Position numbers and translations under genes: made by a program. The notes beneath the pieces were generated by a model. The model saw nothing but the letters and a program-made list of their open reading frames with translations. It was not told the DNA's origin and made no database searches. From assembly GCF_006345805.1 (NCBI RefSeq), contig NC_043004.1:22630001-22694000 (forward strand): 64,000 nucleotides of DNA. Direction: 5' to 3'. Below are positions 13,372 to 27,090 of the stretch, in pieces (positions within the stretch are counted from its first letter, which is position 1; each line of letters starts with the position of its first letter). Source of the stretch: Octopus sinensis. Taxonomy: Eukaryota.

Positions 13372-13682
13372 GCTATATAGATAGATAGGTAGATAGATAA
13401 ATAAACAGACAGACAGACAGATAGCTAGATAGATAGATATCTGTGTTAATTTACGTAGGTCTCAAGTTTTATACCACTGTATTTCGTCAAGCGAAATAAT
13501 CGTCAGGTTGCGTTATTAAGATTCTCTTTCGAAGATCGCACCAGCTGCTCATATATCGAGTGATGTAATAAACATTCGATTCTAATAAACTCTACAAGGC
13601 GCATTGAATACAATTTACGTACTCTTGTGACATGCTTCAACGTTTGTATCAGTGACTGAGTGTGAGTGTGTGCATATCCATC

Positions 13683-13684
<2 letters not shown>

Positions 13685-13745
<61 letters not shown>

Positions 13746-13830
13746 TGCTCTCGCTCTCTCTCCATCCACCCATTCATTTAAATCTCTCGCTCGCTCTCCA
13801 TCCATCCGGCTAGCCATCTCTCTCTCTCAC

Positions 13831-13907
<77 letters not shown>

Positions 13908-13920
13908 ATATCTATGTATC
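13685..13920. repeat. (CT)n plus (ATCT)n microsatellites
   Basis: Directly visible. Confidence 0.95.
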
Positions 13921-15119
13921 TATGTGTCTCTCTCTCTGTCTCTCTGTTTTTCTGTCTTTTTATCTGTCAGTCTGTCTGTCCATCATTAGATTCCTTTCTC
14001 AGATATATTTATATACCGCAGATATGTGTGTTTTCACATACATACACCTGAATTATTAAATTGTATCGACTAAAGCGTCAGCTTATACGTGGTCGGTCTC
14101 CTTTTAAGAAATAGCAACCTTTTCTGCCAAAATTCACTGGCTAACGTCTGAAAGAAAGAAAGGACACGTTAGATAATGGAATTCTACATACTCTTAAAGA
14201 TATATGGTCATGTATGGTGTGTATTTGTCAATAGCTACAGTGCTTCTGGGTTCACTACACAAAGACACAAGTGAGGATGAACACGGATAGAATATTTTTG
14301 ATCATAGATATGTTCGACATAAATTTACCTCAGGCTAAACAGCAAGAAAACCGAAAATAATGCCCCCTATCCTAATTCATAGCCATATCGTCTTAAATAG
14401 TAAAACATGTATATTATATGAACATTGCTCCTACTTTTCAATATAAATGATAAAAATCTTTTTTTCCGTTTTCCTATACTTCTTTCGACACGCATAAATA
14501 ATAATGGAATAGTTGAAGCTCAAATTTTCCCATTACCGTTTACAAGATAATTTTCCAATTTACCATGACGTTATATTCGATAGAATCTGCAGCCTGCTTT
14601 TGCTGCTTCTACTGGTGTTTGTGGTGTAAAATTCCTTCACTTTTATACTGTAATGTTTCATTAAAAATAAAATATATATATTTAAACCACACGTATTAAA
14701 ACAGAAATCAGAATAAGCCGTTTTGTTTTTACTTCTTAATAGTATCCAATAATAGCACATCTTAAAATATTGATGCGGCTATTAAGGAGAACGAGAGATG
14801 TTATCCAGATTCACGAATAAAAAGTAGCAGTGTCTTGACATCAAAATCTCTATATTATTCCTGTTAAATACCTGGATATCTTTACAATTACTGGCAAATA
14901 TGATTTACTTCACCAGGAATTGTAATTAAAGATCGTTCTATTTATTTTAATCTCTTGTTTTGGCTGGAGTGGGATGATATTTTATATTTCATTGTTTTAA
15001 TATTGTTCAAGTTCTTACTTTTATTAAAATCACCACAGGCAGTAGTAATTTTGGTAAAATCGTTAGATTTGCTACAGCGTCGTAAATATGCTTCGCAATA
15101 TTTGTTCCGGTTCTTTACG

Positions 15120-15245
15120 TTCAGATTCCACTGAGATCAATTTGATCTTTTATATTTTTGGGTCAGTAAAATTAAGTACCAGTTAAGTATTTACCAATAG
15201 AATCAGTGCACCACCTTCCCTCAAAATTTCTGGACTTCTGCCAAA
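15120..15245 (+). mobile_element. SINE family B fragment
   Basis: ttcagattccactgagatcaatttg...taaaattaagtaccagtt...ccctcaaaatttctggac. Confidence 0.55.
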
Positions 15246-15394
15246 ATGGGAATGCGCGATTAAAAGAACTACTGCTAGTAGTAGTAATAACAATAGTAAC
15301 AATTGTTTTAATTGTCAGTTTTATTAATGTGACTGAAAAAGATACTGCCATTCTTGAAATATTTTCAACACACGTAAACGCGCGCGCACGTACA

Positions 15395-15430
<36 letters not shown>

Positions 15431-15549
15431 CTCTGTCTCTCTCTCTCTCTCACACACACATACGCTCACACACACATTCAGACATACATACAGACAAAAT
15501 AAAGACTAACAGATAGACAAACAGACATACAGATTGATAGCTAGCTAGC

Positions 15550-15583
<34 letters not shown>

Positions 15584-15643
15584 TCGCATGCATAAACAAC
15601 ATTTTTTTAATTTATTCTTATTTTAACTTATGTCCATTGTCCA

Positions 15644-15773
15644 GAAATCTTTCCTCACACGTCTGTGACCTCTTCAGTGACACTTTATGTCAGAATGGAC
15701 TAAGCGGAGCAGGAACAAACAGAAAGACGGAAAGTGTCGCCGAAGAGGTCACGGATATGTGACGAAAGATTTC
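15644..15773. repeat. Inverted repeat with about 43-bp arms and 44-nt spacer (MITE-like or hairpin)
   Basis: gaaatctttc..tcaca.gtctgtgacctcttcagtgacacttt (15644-15686) pairs with aaagtgtcgccgaagaggtcacggat.tgtga.gaaagatttc (15731-15773). Confidence 0.7.
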
Positions 15774-16439
15774 CCGATTTTTTTTTCTTGTTATTTAGAA
15801 CCATATTGTCCTTAATTTATTAAGACTAGATTTGATGTGAGTGAAATTTGATTGCAATCCTGGTTGTGCGAACGATCGCACATTAATTACTTTATGTTAT
15901 TATTATATACTTATATTTTATACAAACTTAAAATATGTAACTGTCCACCTTTACACAAACTACATTCCTGGAAATCATGATAATCGGCGAGGTGGCTCCG
16001 ACGGACGCGAGGAGGAAATAGTGAAACGAAACAGAAGACGGCTGTGACCAGGGATTGTAAATAATTTATTGGAACTTTTCCAATCAATTATTTTCTTAGC
16101 AATCAATTAATTTTAATTGGGATACAGGCCAGTCAATTATTGCAATTAATTGTCAATTATCTTGCCAAATATAAAACACCATATATTTTAGAGTGTTAGC
16201 TTCGATTTAGATAAGAGCCAAAAGGATAGGAAAATAAAAGTCACGTCTTATAGTTTCAAAAACTTTAATATCGGAAAACGTTCAAAGTTCAGTTTTATTG
16301 ATTTAGAATAGGGAACAAACAACATGTATACTTTACATTGTAGAGTATACATTGAAGGTCTTTAATTGAAAGAGTTTCTCAAACGATTAGCACAATTAAA
16401 ATGTTGTAATATAGCAAAAGGTCATGAACGATTGCAGAT

Positions 16440-18356
16440 TTCTGGAACTAAGTCTTCATTCCAGAAAGCGCGATTGAATTGTAGAAATAATTGCATTTCT
16501 AAATTCATTGGTATTAAGTATTGCCGAAAATCATTAAAATTGTAACCTACTGAGCTGAAGAAACCTTCGAAAATGTTGGAGGCTGGTACAAAAATCTGCT
16601 GTTCAGATATTGCTGAGGTGAAATTTTATTTATTTTTTTTTTTGTTTTGTATTTTCGAACACATTGAAGCAAAATCATCATCTTCTGAAAGTAAATCAGA
16701 CTGTTGTAACGTGTCATCAATTTCAGCTGATGTAGAACAGCAACTTCATCCGCAGTTAGCTCTGATTCTGTATTTCTCTTTCTCTTTTACTTGTTTCAGT
16801 CATTTGACTGCGGCCATGCTGGAGCACCGCCTTTAATCGAGCAACTCGACCCCGGAACCTATTCTTTTGTAAGCCCAGTACTTAATCTATCGGTCTTTTT
16901 TGCCGAACCGCTAAGTGACGGGGACATAAACACACCAGCATCGGTTGTCAAGCAATGCTATGGGGATAAACACAGACCCGCATACATATATATATATACA
17001 TATATACGACGGGCTTCTTTCAGTTTCCGTCTACCAAATCCACTCACAAGGCTTTGGTTGGCCCGAGGCTATTGTAGAAGACATTTGCCCAAGGTGCCAC
17101 GCAGTGGGACTGAACCCGGAACCATGTGGTTGGTAGACAGGCTACTTACCACACAGCCACTCCTGCGCCTATTGTAAAATTTTCACAACTCTACTTTCAA
17201 AATTTGGGCTGTGCACAATGGCTGCTAATGGAAGCAGATATTTTTAAACCTCCTCGTAAGGATACGATGCAAGAATTTCGTCAAAAAAGAAATCGAGCAT
17301 CTCCCAAATCTATTTTTCTGTTCTTTGCAAGGCGACTGTTACTAAGCGTAATGTTCCTAAATTCTCTTTTAGAGTTTGCAGATCATTATGATCGCGTGGA
17401 GTCAACAGATAATCACCCAGCTTTCGATCGCCTTGAGAAGAGTCTAAAAACGGTTTGAGTTGGAATCATGTCATAAGTACTGGACCAATGAGTTTTATTT
17501 CTTTGTAAAGGTTGTTGCAAAGGTATTTTTTCCCGAAGTTTTCGTGCAAGTTTTCATGATTTTAGCTTGCCGATCACGATATTGATTTTATCAAGCAGAA
17601 CTTCGTGTTTGTGGAGATAAACAGAAAGAGCTAGACTGAATTTATGAGAGGCACATCGTATCAATGGTATTCTACACAAATTCGCTATAGATTTGTTCAC
17701 TTCAGTATTATCTCAGGTAATAGTTACTTTTCTAAATTCTTGTTATAGACACTTAACACATACTCTATAAATTCGACATAATCAGAAGCAGTAAATGAAG
17801 TTCACTCACCATTGGCAAAAATACCAGCAAAAAAATACAATAGTCGTTTTGGTATTTGCACGAATAAAATGCAAAGGGTGCAATGGAATGAGTAGAACTC
17901 TAAGTTCAATCGTCGATTACCAACGAAATTTCACTTGGAAGTTCATCAGATATTTTCTTTTCCACTTCTTGTGTAAGATTCTCCATGTATTTATTCAAGG
18001 TCACGTTTGTCATACTCCACACGTTTGTGTACTTACGAGTCAGTAGGTCGTCAGAAAAGGAAAATGGTTTTAAACCAACACATACCCAATCAACCCAACC
18101 ATAATCATTTAAGGCTGAGTGATTGACCAAATTACTTCTCGGTGAAAGAACACTCGATGAAGATGGTTGCCCAGTTGCTTGTGTAGTAGAATACTCTGGA
18201 TGCTGATTTTATTTTTTTTTTATATGATTCATAAGATTTATCCACCCAGTTCCTTTTTTCTGGGTCAACATTTTTTCCACAATTGCATTTCCATACATGT
18301 TCACTCTCTGTTTGATAAAAATATTTTATGACGATTAGTTCGTTTACACGCAGCAT
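16440..18356 (-). pseudogene. hAT transposase pseudogene (BED finger, DDE core, C-terminal dimerisation region)
   Basis: WKCNCGK(fs)MLTQKKGTGWINLMNHI (BED); YGWVDW...KYMENLTQEVEKKISDELPSEISLVIDD; NKTHWSSTYDM (TRWxST-like, about 17465-17495); PASNIFEGFFSSVGY..DFRQYLIPMNLEMQLFLQFNRAFW. Confidence 0.88.
16776..17169 (-). mobile_element. Full-length tRNA-derived SINE family A nested in the hAT element
   Basis: Minus head ggcgcaggagtggctgtgtggtaagtag...ccgggttcagtcccactgcg (A/B boxes); tail ...gcagtcaaatgactgaaacaagtaaaagag. Confidence 0.88.
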
Positions 18357-20179
18357 ATGTTACTTCAAATTAGGAGATATTTCACCACTCTACTGATGAA
18401 AGACTGATCTAGTTAATACGTTAGAATTCAAATTACAACTGTGTTGCCGGCGAAGTTACGATTTAATGACACGAAGACAGAATGTGTGAATCATTCCCGG
18501 CATTCAGAACCAAGAAAAACTCGACAGCGATTATTTGAGAACATACACGATAGCCAGTGCCCAAAACACAACAGAATTTATGGATCATTATCGGCAGTCC
18601 TAACAAAGTGTCAACTCTTGACAGTGTTTATTTCACAACATAACACAATAGTCAATTCCTAAGCACAACAGAATGTGTGAATCGTTTTCAGTAATCAGAA
18701 CAACGCGTCAACACAATACCTCAAGTAATTATAGAACGCTATATTTGGCAATTGAACGTCGAATGAAGTATGGGCCTTTTGGAAAACTATCGCTGCCAAT
18801 GTTGCAATTAACTGCAATTAATTGCAAATAATCGTTGTGATAGCAATCAATTACTTACGACACCACTCAATTGGACCAATATATTGCAATTAATTTTTCA
18901 TCTATTAATTTCTTACAACCCTGGCTGTGACGTCGCCTCACGCGCGGCGGCGTCGCCTGTCCACTATTTGTCGAGCGGGAACCGTTGAGACAAGATGTGT
19001 GAGTTCTGTTAGAGGCCAGCAAAGGCCATGGTACCCCGGCCGCGACAAATGAAGAGAAAAACGATCGATCGGCATCAGCGGCGCAAATAACAAAAGAGAA
19101 TCTTGGTTTAGAAAATATGACAGGAAGGAGTAGGCTAAGTAACAGCGTTGGGAATGTTGGACATGACTTATAGAATTTATCAATGTTACTCAGGTTGTAA
19201 ACGTCGAATTTCTTGGAACTAATAATAAAGGATTAATATGTAGTACACAAGGAAGCGGCCACGACTACCTGGCGCCCAAAATGACGCCGCTTCAGTCAGT
19301 GTTGTCGGTATCTAGGAGACGTAATATTAGTTTTGTCATGCTTATCATTTTTGTAATTACAGAAACCCATAGCAGACAGACATTGCATCTTAACAATAAC
19401 AAGGGAATAGTGAATATAAGCCATAGATAAGACAAAGGAATATTAACAGCTTCTTGAATTGAAGTCATTAGTTTCATGCTCCTGTTACTCATCTGGAGCT
19501 TGAAGAGTTGAACACGGCCAGGACTAAGTATTTATTTTCTCACAAGGAATGTTAAAAGGTTGTTGGTATATAAAAAAAAAAATTACATAATGTAAAGGGA
19601 AGTAAGATGCTGACTTTTTAGTGAAAGATAAAACTTCAAGCTGCCGAAATACTTGTTGGAAATATATTTTCAAAGCTAGACTAAATCTAACGTTGTTACA
19701 CATAAAATACATATATACATTTAACCATAACATCGCAGTACGCAAAAGCGCGCGCACCAACGCTCAACCAGCAATATTATATATATGTGTGTATATATTT
19801 ATATACTCATATATACACGAAGACACATACACACATTCATACACAAATGCACTCAAATATATATGGGATGCCTCTTTACATAGTCTCAGCATTTGAACAA
19901 TACATGCATTATTACTGATTGAGACATTTTTTCTAGAAAAAAAACTCATTGAAAAATCACACACATAAGCCAAAAAAAAATACATCAATTATCTCTGTTA
20001 CTGGAGGTTTCTTTCCACCTACATTTCTAAAATATACTTCTATACGGTTAATTCCTAGAATATATTTTATTTCATTCCACTTTTTATTGGAATAAAAAAT
20101 AATTAATACAAAATACAACCCACTTGGAATGCGCATGGCACTATAAGACTGAAGTGGTTTTTGTACACGCAATTTTCAA

Positions 20180-20183
<4 letters not shown>

Positions 20184-20243
<60 letters not shown>

Positions 20244-20459
20244 TTGAGAAAAAGAATGAGAGATAGGTATTATATAAACATGCATGTATATCTATATATC
20301 TAAATGTAATGTATATATGTATAATGAAGGTAAAGAATACAGGAGGGATAGGTTTTAACGGATGGTGTATTAATTTAACGCTCCAAAAAGAGGGAAAGAA
20401 TATATATATATGTATGTGTATATGTATATATATGTGTATATCTATAAATATATATATAT

Positions 20460-20490
<31 letters not shown>

Positions 20491-20586
20491 GTATGTATAT
20501 GTATATGTATGTATATGTATATATATGTATATGTGTATATATATATATGTGTATATATATATATGTATATATATGTTTATGTATAT

Positions 20587-20643
<57 letters not shown>
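20184..20643. repeat. Two (TA)n-rich arrays separated by a ~160-bp unique insert
   Basis: Directly visible. Confidence 0.9.
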
Positions 20644-20646
<3 letters not shown>

Positions 20647-22014
20647 CAGGTGCGTGTATGTGTTTGTCTAAATAACATGCGTGTTTATTTATGCAAACGC
20701 ATGTGTTCCACTTTAACTTACGCTTCATGTGTCCATTTTTTTTTTTTTTTGTTCTTTATTGTCAATTTATAATTTGATTTTGATTTTGTTTAAAGTCTCC
20801 AGTTACTTCTACTGCTAAAATATAGTTCTTTATTTTCTTTTCCCTTATTGCGTGAAATTTTTCTCGAATTAGGATGATGCAAATAACCCTTTTCTGTATG
20901 CAATATCACATATGTTAACTGAAAGCAGCTGTGTGCATTGAATGAAGTCCTACCATCATGACATACTATACAGCAAAAAACAATTGAAGAAGTAAATATA
21001 AGTAAGTTTTATGTTATTTAATACAAAAACACAAATGACTGTAGCTGCGTTGGAAAAGCTGTCTATACTATTGGAAAAGCTCTTCAAATTATTCAAAGTG
21101 ATTTTTAAAAAAGTATCATTTGTAGAAAATTCTTTCAATTCTTTATCCTATTTAATGAATATACATGTTGCGTATACAGCACTTACAAATATTAGTTGGT
21201 AGTGTATCAAATAGAAAAAAGAAACTGCATTACATTTACTTGGTGTCACACTAAATTGGGAGAGTTGATGAAACTTTGGAATTTTTTTATCTTCTAACTT
21301 TGAGAAAATTCAAAAGGAATATATTCAACATATTTTCTAGCTGCTGTTTTGTATCTCCGCTGGATGTCTATTAGCGCTTACTTTGCTAAAATTAGGTTGC
21401 ATTCAAAATCCTGTTGCTGTAGTATTGACTTATGAATGCATCATTAAGGAGAGATTCGATTTAATAGTTGGAATCTATAAAAGCCATATATTATCTCAAT
21501 GAAAAGAAAGTAATTAATACAATTTTAACAGTAATGGATTAAATGCATGTATAGGCGTAAGCCAACAGCAGGGTTAGATACAATAGAAATAGCAGCCAAT
21601 CTCTCCGCAAAACATGTACTTTTATCTCTAATGAAATAAAAGTGTGCATCGGAAAAAGTAAGCCAATATACAGTCTAAAGTGCAGAAATATGGGTTAGGT
21701 TATATTTGCGATTTCATTGATTGCGGATCCACGTAATCAGAAGATTCGCTTATTTTCGACTTTCTCAACTTATTTATCTAGCTTAACCATATCGTTCAGT
21801 AATATATATGTGTATATGAGTATGCATGTACGGGTGTCAGTGTATGTACGTGCGTGTGTGTGTGTGTGTGTGCATGTGTATATATAATTGATGAAGGGAA
21901 ACATATGTCGTAACCACAGCTTAAAAAAGTTTCTCTCAAGCAGTGTCAAATATGTCAAGAGATCTATTATAAACACAAATACATAAACATCTAAATGAAT
22001 TATACACCCCCACT

Positions 22015-22182
22015 ATATAATATATATATATATAATATATATATATATATTATATATATATATATATATATACATATATATATACATATATATATACATA
22101 TATATATACATATATACATATATATATATACATATATATATATACATATATATATATACATATATACATATATATACATATT

Positions 22183-22230
<48 letters not shown>

Positions 22231-22345
22231 TACATATATATATACATATACATATATACAATATATACATATACATATATATACATATACTATATACATA
22301 TATACATATATATACATATACATGTATACATATATATACATATAA

Positions 22346-22378
<33 letters not shown>

Positions 22379-22400
22379 ATTATATATATATTATATATAT
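22015..22400. repeat. Long degenerate (TA)n/(TACA)n microsatellite
   Basis: Directly visible. Confidence 0.95.
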
Positions 22401-23562
22401 GGATAGATGTATGTGTGCGTATGGATGTGAAGGCATGTATGTATGTGTAGCTATTACAGTTCATACAAAATATTACATTCTATTCATAAGTAGATATGAT
22501 TGTAATAAAAACTCTAGCAACACTACTTCCTTTCAATTCTTTGAATATAACCATCCTAGCAGCGTCTATTATTTCCTCCCAATCCCGACATTCTGACCAG
22601 CTTCAATAGATGTACATCTATCTATCTAATCTTTCATCTAACACATCTTTTCCATTATATTCAATATCCTCAGAAATAAAACGTTTGAACCAGAGCAGTA
22701 GACGTTTAACATGTTTTCTGCGCGGTGTTCTCTTTACAAACGGCGCCAGCGGACGTAAACATACTCTCGTTTTGCCAGTAGTTCACTTCTCTATTCTGTT
22801 TTTGTTTTTGTTTTTTTTTTTTGTAGGGCAATTTTCAACATTGCTGTTAGCTTAGATTCTTCCAGTGTTATAATTTAGCCTAATATTAGTGCTGATCAAG
22901 CAGACTTAGAATCAGAAACGTTCTGGCTGTGGCAATACCATCTTTTTTGAATATTCATGACCTTATTATCCAATGTTGTTTCCCTGTTCTTTTATGATGA
23001 TAGGGTGTGATTTAAGGGGGCAGTTTGATGCTACATTTAGTAGATCAATCAGCCATGTAGCATCACCACCATGGCCTCGTTATTTTGTATACTGGTTTTC
23101 AGAAAGTTTACATGTTACAATTTTACTGTTGTTGATATGTTGGAGTGCATATCTCTACCACTAACACGAGATTATTCATTTACTTCATGATTAAAGGCCA
23201 ATAACTGCATTACGAAAAACATTCTAGTAGTGACCATCCCGTCTTATTTTTCAGACAGTGTATCAAGGACTACATTTGGCAATATACACCCAACCACGTT
23301 TTTAAAAACGATTGATTGTGTTATTGAGTGTAAGTTGTGAACGTTTGTGTTATTTAACTGATGATATCAATTGTCATGCTGGACATGCCTAAGAAGAAAG
23401 ACATTTCAGTTATGACTACCCAGCCTTTTATTTAAATAGTGTATCTAACATTCCACTATCCTATCCTAAATTTTCAATGATAGCAAAATGTTTTCTCGAA
23501 GGTTCTTTGGCTGCATTTCTAGTAAGTTTACTAACCAAAAGCAGTCACCTTCATTAGTAGAA

Positions 23563-23617
23563 GTGCACAACTCCGGCATTTCTCAAATGGTCACCCATCT
23601 AAGTACTAATCAAGTTC
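23563..23617 (-). pseudogene. 5S rRNA-derived segment (3' half including box C), probable SINE3-type head
   Basis: Minus strand gaacttgattagtacttagatgggtgaccatttgagaaatgccggagttgtgc aligns to eukaryotic 5S GGGCCTGGTTAGTACTTGGATGGGAGACCGCCTGGGAATACCGGGTGCTGTAG. Confidence 0.7.
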
Positions 23618-24149
23618 ACTTTTGATATAGTTAAATACGTCAATATTGTAAATATTGTTCATTCTCCAAATTCATGAAATATCTTTATTTTTTTGCTATT
23701 CTTTTAGTCTGAAGTGTTTACGACTAACACTATATATTTTCCATTCGCTAAAACATTGATATCAAACTAAATTCACCGTGAGATACGTATTTCATAAGTG
23801 ATCGTAATAGCAGTCCCTCTACAAGAGAATGCAAGATATTGAAATAGTTTTAAATAGTTACTTTGTCTGAATTTTGGTAATAGTTATGTAATAGTTAGTT
23901 GTTTCTGAATTTATGCAAGTAAAATTAAATACTTTTTCGCCAAAATCCAGTATTCCAACGTGATTAAAATATATTTACAATCACACCACTTCTATGGTAT
24001 AGGGAATATACACCAAGATTTAATAGTGCATTAGGTTTACTAGAAATGCCTGCGTTAAAATTACAACTTATTACTCCACCATCGTCAGCCTCTGTTTCCC
24101 TTGAGAGACAAAGGAGTTATTTTACTTTCTCTATTCCAACTCTAATTCT

Positions 24150-24440
24150 AGTGCATTAAATGTGATGACAGCAAGGATCTTTTCAACGTGTCAGTTCTCT
24201 CTGTAATCCATCACGGGTGTGAATACTGAATGGTTACTTGGTTATGTCTTCCATATCAGTACTTTCAGTACCTAAACCCGATTGTGAAGTCCCTTCTTAT
24301 TTTCAACTCCGTTCTCACAGCATTTCTGCAGGATAAGCGGTTTAAGGCTATGTCTTTCCATGACTCTATTTCAACGTGCAGGCGTATTCGTATATCTCAA
24401 GTAAAAACGACCTGTTGAATACAATCTGCGATCATGCTAA
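24150..24440 (-). mobile_element. RTE-clade LINE 3' relic
   Basis: Minus translation VEIESWKDIALNRLSCRNAVRT (24300-24377) resembles the RTE C-terminal W..LA.DR..WR..V motif. Confidence 0.45.
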
Positions 24441-26718
24441 CCATACGATAGTGATGCAGTCTATCTTCAGGCAAATAATGAAATCAATTGTAGATCTGTC
24501 GCGCAGGGCAGCATGGAATCTAATATGCATTATCAATAAATGTTAAAACAATATATCAAATATTTACTAAAGCGGCTCAAACATCTGTCGGTATCATAAA
24601 ATTAATGACAATACGACGTTACAATAATCATGTGAGTTTGTAGAAAAGAATAACGAAAAGTGGCCCACACACATGATCTAAATTCGTTGTGTTAGTTAAC
24701 TTAGTTTCATGAAGAAGGAGAGAAACATCTGTCTCCGTTTAGAACATATTTTAACACGCAAATGTAACACTTCCGTCACTTCCTCAAATAAACATTTATT
24801 TAATTCTTGGCTGTCAATGAAATACTTCAACTAAATTTCAACTTGTTACTTCAGTTCTAAATTCTTCAAGCACTTTTCCAATCCACGTGTATAAGTCTGT
24901 TTACTTTGCTTGATAACGAGACATAATGTGTCAGTTAGACTTTAGCGATAAAATTTAAATATACCTATAATAACTTCCTCTTCCAAAAGGAATTAAATAA
25001 GCTAAACACACTAGAGCAACTACGCAGGTCTAGGACTTCGTCCTCCGGCCTTCTAGCTATTTATATTGGGATAAAATAAATTTGATCAATAACATCATAA
25101 GAGTCTTTGATTGTTGCATTTGCTAAAATCGATTGCAATTGGGATAGCAATTTACTGGATGTAAGCAGTAACCAAAATTCATAAACCATCATAATAAGGT
25201 ATAAGAATACTTATATAACATACATGCATACGCATATATGTGTAGACGCACACTCATACACACACATATATGTATGCATGTGTGTGTATATATATATATA
25301 TATATGGAGAGAGAGAGAATAATAATAAAGGAAGCCATCTTAAAGTAGAGAATTATTAATGAGTAAGGATATTCTATTAAAATCAAGTGCTTTCCTTGAG
25401 ATCTGCATCAATGGGAGAGCAGTATATTCTTAACAAGATTTTGTTAAATTTTGTTATATTCACATGATTCAGCCTAATTTTTAATCCAGTTTTTTATCAA
25501 CACAACCAATATTCTAATAAGGTCCTCATATTATTGTATATGCAAATATATGCACATCAAGCAAATTCTATGAATTTACATTAAATAAGAGGTATAGTGT
25601 TTTAAGTGAAGTATTATAGAGTATAGAAGATATTTTTATGAAAACACAATATGGTAAATGCAGAGACACAGAATATCGACAGAATTATTGTACCTCACAT
25701 GCACTTTCACAAATTAGGTATTATACAATTGAAGTTCTAGATAAATGTTATTATCTGAAACATGAACGAATTAAACCTGTTGTTTCCAATGTTTTATATA
25801 TTTTGATGTGTATGGGAAGAACAATATTTACTGGTAAAATTAGGTAAAATATCTTCTATTTCAAAGGAAATAATTCTTCAAATAGGCATGATGTATTTTA
25901 TTGCTTGGTTTGAGTGATAAAAATAGTTATTGTTTGCCATGAAAAATACCAAAGTAAAAAAAATTGTTATGTTCAGTATATTCATTAATTAAATGATAAA
26001 AATGGCATAAAATTCTTCAAGAAACTATTACCTGCTCAAGTGTTGCATAGTTGCAATATTTATCATTCATGCCTTCCTTGAAATCTAACTACTGTTTTTT
26101 TTTTAAGTTGAACAATTCTCGATTTTATAATGCTTAAATTATATGTTTAATAACTTCGTATTCTTTTATTTTCTCATTTTCTTTGATATAATTGAAATTC
26201 AATATTGTTACAAAAAATAGATATGTGTCAAGGTTTCTGTGAACTAGCGAATTCTACAGCTGCCGTTATCGATCAATTTTTCAATATTTCCAAAAACGCA
26301 AAAACGCAATGTCCACTTTTAAGCAAGAATGGCTATTTGAAATATGGTTCCAGTGACCATCTTGAATCCTATAATTTGCATTGCTTTCCTTTAATTTAGA
26401 AATCCATTTCTGGTCTGCATTGATTCGAAAATCTACAATTAATATTAACTTTATTATTTTTTCTGTCAACAACTTTATATTTTGCACAGTTTTTCGTTAA
26501 AAACAGGGAATATAAACAACTAGTATGCTAGTTATGTAAAGAATTACAAGAGAATAAGTAGATACGCTTTTTGCTAGATATGATAAAGTATCCCTTGCTT
26601 ATGAAATGCGTGAATCTTGAAGAGTTTTAACAAACTAAGGTTAGATTTTACACTTAAACAAATCTATGTTCATAGTTCGCATGTTAATTACTGCATTCGA
26701 TAAAATTAAGTTTAAGCT

Positions 26719-26751
26719 GCTACTACTAGTACTACACTGCTGCTGCTGCTG

Positions 26752-26814
<63 letters not shown>
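26719..26814. repeat. (CTG)n(CTA)n microsatellite
   Basis: Directly visible. Confidence 0.9.
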
Positions 26815-27090
26815 ACCTCGTACTTTTGCCGAAAAGCTAGGTTACAGGGACGTAAACATACTAGCATCGGTTGTCAAGCAGGGTTAAGGGACACAAGCAC
26901 ACGCACGCACACACACACACACACGAACACAGACATATACGGCGGGCTTCTTTCAGTTTGCATCTACCTGATCCATGCACAACGCTTTGATCGGCTCGAG
27001 GATATAGTAGAAGACACCTGCTGAAGGTGCCACACTGTGGGACTGAAGCTGGTACCATACAGTTAAAAAGGAGCTTCTTACCACTCAGTT
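26815..27090 (-). mobile_element. SINE family A, degenerate and 3'-truncated
   Basis: gggcttctttcagtttgcatctacc...gtagaagacacctgctgaaggtgccacactgtgggactgaa. Confidence 0.8.

Larger units (their letters stand above)
16049..18923 (-). mobile_element. Complete but decayed hAT DNA transposon
   Basis: Termini cagggattgtaa...ttacaaccctg. Perfect 8-bp TSD gctgtgac at 16041-16048 and 18924-18931. AATTGCAATT-rich subterminal repeats at both ends. Transposase remnants inside. Confidence 0.92.

Noticed and set aside
18390-18420. ctgatga just upstream of the hAT transposase (also at 45312 and as ctgacga at 13501-13507 minus)
   Set aside because: No properly placed GAAA/NUH and stems; a 7-mer is expected several times by chance.
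19239-19544. TGT...ACA-bounded 306-bp segment containing tggcgccca (solo LTR or PBS-like)
   Set aside because: No target-site duplication, and the PBS-like motif is internal rather than after an LTR end.
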